In this document: positions 49,564-60,878 of the stretch, piece after piece
Numbering within the stretch: the first letter of the stretch is position 1
How the letters are laid out: each line of letters begins with the position of its first letter
The notes under the pieces: model-generated
Databases searched by the model: none
Told to the model about the DNA's origin: nothing
Seen by the model: only the letters and a program-made list of their open reading frames with translations
Position numbers and translations under genes: made by a program
Source of the DNA: Carcharhinus amblyrhynchos
Lineage: Eukaryota
Direction: 5' to 3'
Length of the DNA: 64,000 nt
NCBI GenBank assembly: GCA_965287045.1
Contig: OZ336883.1
Coordinates: 39,122,001 to 39,186,000 of the forward strand

Positions 49564-52500
49564 TGTAGCATGGGTGGGCATGTGGATGCTGGGATGATGC
49601 AGATACAGAAGGTGTTGGGAGCATGGGAGTCCTCCTGGAGTGCAGGCAGACATACAGCATGTAAGAACTGCTCAGTTGCTGTCAATAAATATCTATTGTT
49701 AGTCCCTGGTTGCCAGTTATTGGAACCCTGTAATTCTACGTGGTCTCAGGACTTGGCGAATGGCACAAGAAGTTTGCCACACTGACCTACTCATGTCTGG
49801 TGAAAACTTTGCAGTCAACATGGCGGAATTCAAAAAGGAATGGTGTACCTACTGCAGTACCAGCCTAGCAGACAGATCAAAGAAGGTACAGATGTACACT
49901 CTCTTAAATTTCACAGGTCCCAAGGTGGTGAAGAAATTTGAGTCCTTTATTTTTTTAAATGAAGGAAGGGAAGGAGGATCCTGAGATATTGCTGAAAAAG
50001 TTCAAGCACATATGCATGCCAGTAAAGAATATCGTACTGGATAGACATGTGTTCAATGCAACCAACCAAAAGCTTGATGATTCTTCTAGAAAGATTCTGG
50101 AAAGAAATGTGAGTTTGGCACACTCACTGATGACCTGGTGAGAGATCACATTGTACGCGGAGTCACTGGATCCATTTGTCAGCTCCTCCACCAAGTTGTT
50201 CAACATGATCATTGGGTGGCACGGTAGCACAATGGTTAGCACCGCTGCTTCACAGCTCCAGGGTCCCGGGTTTGATTCCTGGCTTGGGTCACTGTGTGGA
50301 GTTTACACATTCTCCTCGTGTCTGTGTTGGTTTCCTCCGGGTACTCCGGTTTCCTCCCACAGTCCAAAGATGTGCGGGTTAGGTTTACTGGCCTTGCTAA
50401 GAAATTGCCCCTTAGTGTCCAGGGATGCGCAGGTTAGAGGGATTAGTGGTTTTAATATGTAGGGATATGGGGGTAGGGCCTGGGTGGGATTGTGTTTGGT
50501 GCAGACTCGATGGGCCGAAGGGCCTCATTCTGCACTGTAGGTTTCTATGATCCTATGATCAAACAGAACTCTTAGCTCCTTCAGTTCCACAGTACTTCAA
50601 CATTCGAGCACTGTAATCCCATCAGTGACGCCTCACAGTCTGGACTTGGAGCAGCCTGCATCCAGAATGGCAGACCAGTCGCCTTCACATCAAGGGCCCT
50701 CACTGGCAGTGAGACTTGTTATGCCTAAGTCAAGAAGGAACTCCTTGTCCGAGTCACTGGTGGCAGAAATTCCATGACTTCATTTCTGATTGTCCTGTAA
50801 ATGTTGAAATTGATGATGAACCATATTGGACTATTCTTCAAACGCCTCTTCACACTACACCTGTGCAGCTGTACTTTGTTGAGGCTCTTTCCAGAGCCTT
50901 CCTACCTATCATCAACCAGGCAGATCACGAGCAGGCTGACCATACAGGTCCTCTCAATTTGTTGAGTCAAAGGACGTAAAGATACCATACAGATGGATCC
51001 CACATGCAGGCAACTCCACAACATCATCATTGATAGACTGGCCCAAATCGTCTTCACCACGATTTCCACACATTCCTCTCTGTGCGAGGAACTAATGATA
51101 CAGGATGGGTTGATACAGCCTGATCAGTGATTCATCATCCCTACCTCTTTGCAGAGCTACTAAACCCAGCAACTCCACCAAAGGCACCCAGGGCTGGAGG
51201 CAATCAGATACAGGGCAAAGGAATCTCTAGACTGGCCATCGATGTATGTGGAGAGAGAAGTATACAGGTGTGCACCATGTGATGCACTTAATCAAACCAA
51301 GGAATCACTGCACCTACCTGAAGTCCTGGATCTTCAATGGTCATTCATGACAGTGATTTTTTTCAAATGTAGGGCTGAGCAGTACTTGATCCGAGTCGAT
51401 TCATATTCTGGTTGGTTTGAAATTGACCACCCACCAGACATGAAAGGCAACGTGGTTATAAGCAAAGTTCAAGAGACAATCACCACACATAGCATCCCCC
51501 ACATAGTGTCTGACAATGCTTGTCAGTTCATTTTCAGAGTTCAGGGACTTTGAGCACATCATGAGTAGTCCTCTGTGTCTGCAGACCAATGGCCTGGTGG
51601 AAAGGACGGTGCGTTAAGTCAAGCACTTGGTTGAGAAGTGTGCCTGAGACCACACATGGTCATGTTGCACTTCCCAGCCTGCAAGATATTCCCATCCAGG
51701 GTCGGCCATTGGTCATGCAGGGCAAGTTCTCTAGGCGTACCAGGACCATGATTCCCGATGCCAGGTCCCTCTTACAACCAAAGGCTGAAAACAAAGCAAG
51801 TGGTGTCCTTCTGAAAGGGAACACGGTGTTACAAATGAAATGCTCACACACTTTGTCCTCTAGAGTTCAGTGAAACAGTCAGATCCAGACCACATACAAC
51901 CATGACAAACTGGCAATGATACACGGGTCATGTCATACAGCCAAACCGCTATGTGGTTTCCTCAGATGGTGCTCAGTATGTACAAAACTGGTGTCACCCA
52001 CCACAGGTGTCTGAACCATCACCATCAGCCACCACTGTACCCCAGGCATCCAGTCTGCAATCCAAGCCCTGCACTCCAGTGCAAATGGAGGCCCCTGCAA
52101 GCCTTACAACCTCAGGGTACACCACAAGGTTGCCTGATGCCATTCACACTGAAAACACCAACCCGAGGGCATCTCAAGCACAGCTAACTGGTACAATCAC
52201 ACACTTAGTCTGTCAGAGTCAACAAGATCTGAGGTTTGAGGACTATGTGATGAGTTAGTCTACGAATGTACTTAGTTTTAAAAAGGGGGAGAGGAACAAA
52301 ATGGGCAAGATGTCAGCTCAGTAGCCCAATCAGTATTTTGCACCTTGAAAATAATTGTGTATTGTTAGCCCTGTTTAAGTTCATGTGTAAGTCATTTATT
52401 CTTTGCGACTGCTCTTCTACATTGTTACTCCTCAGTACCACAAGTTATTCCAACTTAAATGGGGAAGATGTAGTCCGGATGGTCAGGTGAATGTTGGGAC

Positions 52501-52642
52501 GACATGGGTATGAAAGGAGTTATGTGTTGGGAGCGTGAGAATTCTCCTGGAGCACGGGCAGAGAAACAGCACGTAGGAGCTACTCAGTAACTGTTGTTAG
52601 CCCTGGTCACTGGTTATTGGAACCCAATGTTTATAGACTACT
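49564..52642 (+). mobile_element. Decayed, internally deleted Gypsy LTR retrotransposon (LTRs ~49564-49740 and ~52469-52642)
   Basis: Two related LTRs starting TGTAG; PBS-like TGGTCTCAGGA at 49741; polypurine tract aaatggggaaga; gag remnant (EFKKEWCTY..LLNFTG), RNase H (SDASQSGLGA..QNGRPVAFTSRALT), integrase (HPG..C..C, VDSYSGWFE, IVSDNACQF). Confidence 0.85.
50214..50558 (+). mobile_element. HE1-like SINE nested in the Gypsy element
   Basis: Full head, core and tail; atgatca on both flanks. Confidence 0.9.
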
Positions 52643-52855
52643 AAAAAATAAACCAAAGGTTGTCAGGTCAGCCTCACCAATCATCTAAAGCTGGCTTTTT
52701 GATGGAAAGAAGTGTTTGGAATGGTTTCCAACCAATGAAAAGCCAATTTTGCCAAATTTGCATAAATCTTCAAAACATATACTGGGGTCTAGGGCCAAAA
52801 ACATTAGGTCATGAATATGCAGTGACCGAACCCAGGGACAATGGATGACTATAGT

Positions 52856-53198
52856 AGAAAGCATAGAAACCCTACAGTACAGAAAGAGGCCATTCAGCCC
52901 ATCAAGTCTGTACCAGCCACAATCCCACCCAGGTCCTATCCCCTTCTTCCTACATATTTACCCACTAATCCCTCTAACCGATGCCTCTTAGGACACTAAG
53001 GGCAATTTTTAGCATGGCCAATCAACCTAACCAGCACATTTTTGGACTGTGGGAAGAAACCGGAGCACCCAGAGGAAACCCATGCAGACACGAGAAGAAT
53101 GTGCAAACTCCACACAGACAGTGACCCAATCCGGGAATCGAGCCCAGGTCCCTGGACTGTGAAGCAGCAACGCTAACCACTGTGCTACCATGCCGCCC
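52856..53198 (-). mobile_element. HE1-like SINE
   Basis: Reverse-complement full-length copy. Confidence 0.9.
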
Positions 53199-54214
53199 CT
53201 GAGGGACGTAGGCAATGTAAGTTACTCCTTGATTAGTAGTCAAAATGAGACACTGCATGTAAGTGTTAGCATTAAAATATTGAGTATTTGATGTTTGAGT
53301 ATCCTAGTTACTGAACACCAGCGGTTTTAGTATCTTTGATTTTTTTTCCCATAACACCTGAAGGCTGAACACCTGGAGCTGAAAGTAGGAGGTGACCTAT
53401 CTTCAGTGGGTGATGGGAACCAGGGAAGCATGTTCCAGCTGATGGTTGGAGAGGAAAGGGTTAAAATCAGATACTGATGTAACAGCTGATGTCACATGAT
53501 TAAGTAACCGCGATCTTGAGGGAAGCACAAGTCAGTCTTGTGGAGAGTTACTGAGATGTACACAGATCTGTAAATAAGCAAGAATGGTTTTATAAATCAC
53601 ACACTAATGTAGCTGTCTTAGAGAGACAGGAAAAACCTAAAGAAAGCATACCTGGACCCCAAACAGTGGCCAGATGATTTGCTGCCATCCTAATTAAGTA
53701 CAGCAGACCACCTCCGAGAATTGCCGATCCAATCAGAAGGCTGGAAACTTGGCAGCCTCAAAAACGGTCACCTGAATTGGGGATCATTGCTTGGGCCACA
53801 GCTTCAGGGAGATGACACTTCACTGGTCAGGCACCCTTGAAGACGACTAAATGGCACTGAGGGAATCAGGCTGGCACCAAAATCCAGAGTGGGGGTAGGG
53901 TTGTCATGCAAGGCAGCGCCATTGATGTGGGGTCTGCTGTTACCACCAGGAGACCTCTCTGTGGGTCACAGAGTGCCCAAAAAAAGAGATGCTCAAATAA
54001 AGAGGGCGCATACCCTGGGAACCCACTGGGAGGCCATCAGGTTTCACTGACAGCCAGTCTCCCCTATGTCTGCAAAGTGCCTGTGCAGGCAACAGGAGGC
54101 CCCTAATTCATCAGATACTTAAATGATTCAGTTAAATTGTGGGCAAGCAGATAACCTGTTAGTTTTAATATGACTGGGAAAGCAGCACGACAGCAGGAGA
54201 ATGTTGGGCATCCC

Positions 54215-54690
54215 AGAATCACAGAATTTTATAGCCCAGAAAGAGGTCATTCAGCCCATCATGTCTACTTCAGTTCTCCAAGCAAGCATGATGACTTGGT
54301 GCCATTCCCCTGACCTTTATCCCCTGCACTTTCTCTCTGTTTAAATGATAATCTCCTGAATGCCTCGATCGAACCTACGTCCGCTATACCTACAGTCAGC
54401 ATGTTCCAGTCCCGAAAAACTCGCTGTGCGAAAGAGTTTTCTCACATCGCATTTGCTTCTTTTGGAAATCACTTTAAATCTGTGCCCTGTCATTCCTGAT
54501 CCTTTTACGAGCAGGAACAGTTTCTCCCTGTCTACTTGGTCTAACCCCTTCATGATTTTGAACGTCTCTATCAAATCTCCTCTTAGCTTTCTTCTCTCCA
54601 AGGAGAACAGTCCCAACCTCTCCACTCTATCCTCATAGCTGAAGTTTCCCACTCCTGGAACCATTCTTGCCAAGTCCTCACACTTTCCCA
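54215..54690 (-). mobile_element. CR1 3' portion
   Basis: RMVPGVGNFSYEDRVERLGLFSLERRKLRGDLIETFKIMKGLD. Confidence 0.88.
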
Positions 54691-55800
54691 ACTTTCCTGC
54701 TTCCTAACCCATCTCCAAAGGGCTGGTAAAATTCCAGCCATGATGTGTGAATGGAAAACAAATGAAAATGATGAGTCCAAAATGCTGTGAGTTCTCAGCC
54801 TTGCACTTTAATACCTGTTTGCCATGGAGCTGTCACAGTGCAGCGTACTATTCCTTGATTAAATTAAGGTTCCAAAAAGTTGAACAGGTGGTTACTTGGA
54901 GATGTCAGGACACTCTCTGCACTGAAGACAAATGACCCCAACCAGAAGGCCCCAAACTGCAGCAGGATGGACATAAAATCCAGCCCATGCAACCAGCCAA
55001 AATACTACCAAGCACACTACAGAGATGCTGCTACAACAAATTTATTACTTGGATCTCTTCAAGCAGAGGTACTTGTTTACAGTGCAGTCAAAATGTCTGA
55101 GTCATTTCTGCCTACTGCATAATTTTATCATCCAACTATGAGCAACGATGCAGCAAGATAAGGGGGAGGTTCATGATGAGGGAGGACAAGGAGGTAAATG
55201 ACACGGAGAGAGATGATGTGCGGGAAAGTAGGTTTGCATGAGATCTTACCACTCACCAACTTTGTTTTTCCAATAAAGTTGCAATATGTATGTTAGCATG
55301 GGTAGTTAAAATTTAGATTAACTATCTACTGTAATAACGAATTAACAAGGTCGAAGGCATTTTGACGTTAACACGTCTATAGAAGCCATTTTGTATTTTG
55401 CATTAGTTCCATAAATTAATCAAATTATTAAATGAAATTATTAATTTGTCATGAATCAGATTATTGTAGAAATATTGAGCCTTGGTTGAGTTATAATTAA
55501 TGAATTGACAATCATATTAGACTGGATTTTCATTTAAAGCTAGTGAAGTTCAATTATTGTAATTCTCTTTGTGTGAGAAAGTGCAGTTCCAGGCACACAG
55601 TTCGAGCAATGAAGCCTTTTGGGTCCTTTATAAAGGTCCCTGATAAAGGCTCATCATGACCTTGTGGAGATTGGCCCAGTGAATCGGGAAATGGTTTGAA
55701 ATCAGATTAAAAACAGTGTGAAACAACTCCGTTATATTCTTCTCTGGAGTATTAATGTGATTAAGAGCCAATCAATGAAGCCAACAACAGCAAGAGCTGT

Positions 55801-56152
55801 GGGCGGCATGGCAGCACAGTGGTTAGCACTGCTGCTTCACAGTTCCAGGGACCTGAGTTTGATTGCTGGCTTGGGTCACTGTCTGTATGGAGTTTGCACA
55901 TTCTCCTCGTGTCTACATGGGTTTCCTCTGGTGCTCTGGTTTCCTCCCACAGTCCAAAGATGTGCGGGTTAGGTTTGATTGGCCATGCTAAAGTTGCGCC
56001 TTAGTGTCCTGAGATGCGTAGGTTAGAGGGATTAGTGGGTAACATATGTAAGGATATGGGGATAAAGTCTGCGTGAGAGTGTGGTCGGTGCAGACTTGAT
56101 GGGCTGAATGGCCTCTTTCTGTACTGTAGGGTTTCTATGATTTTATGATTCT
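55801..56152 (+). mobile_element. HE1-like SINE
   Basis: gggcggcatggcagcacagtggttagcactgctgc head to (ttctatga)-type tail; aagagc near both ends. Confidence 0.9.
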
Positions 56153-56385
56153 AAGAGCCAATTATTAAATGAGAAAAGGCCTGACTTTGATGTAGGGTGG
56201 CAGCCTCCTGGGGTTAAAAGCTGGGGTTCAGTGATGTTTCATGGCTAGCTGAGCACTGAAGACTCTCGAGCAAGAATTACGTGCACATCCCTGCATGTGG
56301 GAACATTTCTGAGACAGTGTCTTGAGCGGGTTATGCTTCAATGGATTGATTATCTGGATGAAGCTGTAAAAGTCATTGTCCTGAG

Positions 56386-56686
56386 GGCAGCACAGTGGTT
56401 AGCACTGCTGCCACACAATGCCAGGGGTCCAGGTTGAGTTTTGGCCCAAGGTGACTGCCTGTGTGGAGTTTGCATGTTCTCCCCGTGTTAGCATGGGTTT
56501 CCTTTGGGTGCTCCAGTTTCCTCTCACAATCCAAAGATGTGCAGGTTAGGTGGATTGGCTGTGCTAAATTGTCCCTTAGCATCAGGGTAAATAAATATGT
56601 GGGATTACATGGATGGACCTGGTAGGGATTGTTGTTGGTGTGGTCTCAATGGGCCAAACGGCTGTAGGGACCCTATGGTTCTATGA
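56386..56686 (+). mobile_element. HE1-like SINE (older)
   Basis: Same head and core motifs, more diverged. Confidence 0.82.
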
Positions 56687-58215
56687 ATTATTAAGTATAT
56701 CTTTTATGCTTTAATAAACATTCTATAATTTAGCATCCAAAGGGTCCTGTTTTTGCCTTATTTGGTTCAGTCTTCTATGGACAAAAGTAAACTTATAAAG
56801 TCACTTGCGAATCTTTTGGCATATCTGGGTGGTTGAAATCAATAGTGCTACAATTAACAAAATCAGATAATAAATGCTGTAGATCCCAAGGAAACTTCCT
56901 TCACTCAATCACTTCTGTCCTTTCAACCTTCTCCCATCATCATGTCTGCCAAAAGCTGTCTATGGATAAATAAAATGATCAAGATTGAGTACTATTTACT
57001 GCTAACATGTGAAAGGCCATCCATCTGTGCCTTACCTTGGTGATCCTTTATGACACACATGTCCTACTTAGTGAGTTCAGGTGTGGAAATGTCTTCTGAA
57101 CAGGGGGAGTAAATATGGTGGCAGTTTCCAATGTGTAATGCAGTCCTTTTGGGATGCTAATGAACTTATCACTTTGAATTCCTAAAGTGAGATGTTTCTA
57201 CAATAACTTAACCCATCCAGTGACTGGCCATGCCTTCCAGCTCTCTGGCATTGCTCACGTTTTTGAGAGGTCCGACTAGAGTGTGAGGAAATTGGGCCAT
57301 CTTGAGAGGAAGGAGTATTCTTCCATCCTTTTTTGTTCCACACCCTTGCCAAAGATGACCAGTGGCAAGGTGGAGCCAGAACTCCAAGCTTGGCCTTACT
57401 AATCCATTGAAGTGTAGAGGTTGTTAGGAATACCTAATTTTGTGATTCATATATTTTTGGGAGTATAACTTTTTGTTTTGGAGTTGAAATTGTTAAATGG
57501 AAGATAAATTAGGTGGTAACCAAACCTCAAATAACTGCATATCAAAGGGTAGCCTTTGTTTGTTTAATATGTTCAAAGTGGGAAAACCTTAAAACAATGG
57601 GTGGACTCTGGGTTTCTTGGTGGAGACAGGATGTCTACACTTGTCTCAATAAGAGGTTTAAACTGTTCGTATAGTTTCCCGGAACAAAGGGAAGATTTAG
57701 ATAATTAGTTTAAATTTTTATCAGGGGCATCACAGGTGTGCAGCACTGCCGTGGGGATATATTGCCGGGAGGTTTTTGTTTGTTTTGGGTTTTTCACTGT
57801 ATGATTATTCACAGAAGCAGACAGACAGCCTGGGAGCATCTTTGAGACAGGCAGCTGAAGACCGGGTCAGGAGCTGTGAAACAGCTGGAACCAGTACCAG
57901 AGAGCTATCAGAAATCAGTAGTGTTTCTGATTAGAAGTCACTGAACAAGAATGCAATGAGGCCCAAATTCCAGGGAATCCACAACTGTGAGGAGTTGGAG
58001 GGTTCATCTCCTTGGATGCCAGTGGAAGGACCCCAAGAAATCTTACATCTCAGAGAATAGTGGGAATACTGAGAAGAATCAAAGTCAATTTCTGGAAGCT
58101 ATGTCATCTGTTGGTTTGGTCCCAGGTGACATGAAGGAACCCTCAAGATCCTCTAAAAGTATTGGGGAACTCTTGGATGGAAGTAAGTATAGAATGGGAA
58201 GTGTCCTGTTGAGAC

Positions 58216-58257
58216 TTTGAGATTTCAAGTACAAGTTTTTGTACTTGAAATCTCAAA
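58216..58257. repeat. Perfect 19-bp hairpin with a 4-nt loop
   Basis: TTTGAGATTTCAAGTACAA-GTTT-TTGTACTTGAAATCTCAAA. Confidence 0.95.
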
Positions 58258-59696
58258 TCTAATGTTAGGTTAGTTGAACTTGCTTTTCTATCTGTTTATC
58301 ATGTGGTATAGTTCTGTACTAATAACTGAGAATTCAAATGTTCTTTTAACAAGTTACCAATCATTACCAAGACCATAACAAGGTTTATGGAACAGAAGGA
58401 AGATATCCAATATATTGTGGTTATATTGGCTCTTCATGAGAGCTTGCCAGAACTTATCCCACTGTCTTGCACTTTCCCTGCAGCCCCTATACCTTTCTCT
58501 GATTCTAATGGTTATCCACTGCTCCCTTAGAGGGGCAGTAGTCTCTAATTAGTCCCTGTGGTAAAACAATCCATGCTCTTAACTCGCTGTATAAAGGTGG
58601 TTCTCTTTAATCCTGTATTTATGAAGCAGTTTTAATTGATAACCACTCATCACAGATTCCCCAAACATTTTTCAAAACTCGTCATAATTTTAAAAACTTC
58701 TTTATACATTGGCCAAACTTTTGTATTTGTTCACATGCATTCTTGCTTTTCAATAGAGAAAGGTCATGTTGCAATAAAAGGAAGTCTGTCGTCTGTGCTC
58801 TCATCTTTTACACTGTGATTTTAATAGATTTGGCTTATTTGTTAAATCTGGTTTGACACTTAGGGCTAGTGGCGGTGGGGAGTGGGGTGGAAATACACTG
58901 TTTCCTGCCAATGCAGTGCAAGATGGCTACCAATACTCATCTATCCATGTGCCCTGGTCTGCGGATGTGCAGATATCCGGTAACATGCACATATCAGTTT
59001 ACCCAGCACAACGTTTTCTGCCTGGGATATTGCAGCATGTTCTTAGCTTGTGTGTTCCATGGATCCCACCCATCACTTGTTCAACAGGTTGCTTGAAATA
59101 TCTAGCTCACAAGCATTTTATTGACATGTGGGAGAAAGTGTTAGTTTCTTATGAGGAGTGGCAGGGACAATCCAGAATCATTTCTGAACACGGATGCCTC
59201 AGCTCACTTCTGTTGCTTTGCAATTTATAAGCATGGTGAACATATGTTGCTAAATATTCAATGATCCAAAAACTTCAGTCAAGACAGGAAAGAAAACTTG
59301 CAGTAGTGTTCTGAGCTAATTCTAGCAGTTTAATGAAATGGGACCATTCTGCCTCAAAACACCTGCATATTCTGTCAAATTCTTAAACCTCTTCAACTTA
59401 AGAAGGGATACTGAATTAATTACATTGTGAAACTAAATATGATTTTGCAAAGTACTGACAGCCACTTTATTTTGATGTATAGTATGTAGTTCTTGAAAGT
59501 AAATAAGCTGGGTTCATGTTGCACATTGCCCCAAAAAGATGGTTGCCATTAATATAACTGTACATACACAGCTTTGGTGCCAAACAAAAAAAAATCATCT
59601 TTTCATTCTTGGTTTTGACAGTCAAAAAAATACCTAACCACCTCCTCCCTTAATTGATTGACAGGCACTCCATTTTGAAATTGAAATGAACAACTT

Positions 59697-60878
59697 CTGT
59701 TTGGAAGGAATAATGCAGAGAGGAGCTATGTGATAAAAGGTAGACAGATTAGGAGTATAGACATACAGAGGGACCTGGGAGTGCAGGTTCACAAATCCAT
59801 GAAGGTTGCGTCACAAGTGGAGAAGGTTGTTAGGAAGGCTTATGGAATGTTAGCCTTTATAGGAAGGGGTATAGAGTATAAAAGCTGCCGTCTAATGCTT
59901 CAGTTGTATAGAACGTTGGTTAGACCGCATTTGGAGTACTGCGTCCAGTTCTGGTCACCTTACTACCGGAAGGACGTGGAGTCTCTGGAAAGGGTGCAGA
60001 GGAGGTTTACCAGGATGTTGCCTGGCATGGAGGGGCTGGGTTACGAGGAAAGGTTGGAGAAACTGGGACTATTCTCCTTGGAAAGACGGAGATTGAGGGG
60101 GGACATGATAGAGGTATATAAGATACTGAAGGGAATAGATACAGTTAATAGTGAGAGACTGCTCCCTAGATTGGGTACAAACACGAGAGGTCATGATTTA
60201 AGGGTGAGGGGGGAGAGGTATAATTTGGAAGTGAGAGGAAGGTTCTTTACACAGAGAGTTGTGGGGGTATGGAACGCGCCACCGAGTAGGGTGGTGGAGG
60301 CAGGAATGTTGGACTCGTTTAAGGTTCAGTTAGATAGACACATGAGTGAAACGAGTATGGAGGGTTATGGTAGGGGCTCTTAAATAAGGTCAGAACCTCA
60401 GGAGACACCGGAAAAGCAGGCTTGTAAGATTGACGTTTTTGTCTTTTTATTCCGCAGGTGGAGGTCCACCTCGTGTCAAACGAGGGGCATGCACACGGTG
60501 GGTCGTGCGTGGGCTGCTCTTGGAAGTTCTGGGAGTGGCCTAGTACTTCGTGTCAGTGTGTGTGCTTGATCCTGGACCGGTAGACGGGCGCCACAACAGC
60601 TCGGTGACTAGCACTGCTAGCTGTGCAGATACATGGATTTGGGCCTGTGTCTGTGGGAGTTTGCGCATTCTCCCTGTGGTTGCGTGGGTTTCCTCCGGGC
60701 GCTCCGGTTTCCTCCCACACCCCAAAGATGTGCTCTTAGGCTGAGTGGTTTTACCAAATTGACACTATTCTCCCCTGAATCTGGCTAAGTCAGGGGTTCT
60801 ATTCGTAGACACGCAGGGTAGAATAGGTGTAGGGTGATGCGGCGGCGCGGGCTCGTTGGGGTTGTTCTTTGTTCTTTA
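59697..60878 (+). mobile_element. Young 5'-truncated CR1 (open 217-codon ORF2 end, 59730-60383) with a long 3' region containing a SINE core
   Basis: Uninterrupted QRDLGVQVH...LYRTLVRPHLEYCVQFWSP...RGDMIEVYKILKG...FFTQRVVGVWN; CpG-rich; ends gggctcgttggggttgttctttgttcttt. Confidence 0.88.

Noticed and set aside
59730-60383. 217-aa ORF as a host gene
   Set aside because: It is the C-terminal end of CR1 ORF2 from a 5'-truncated copy.
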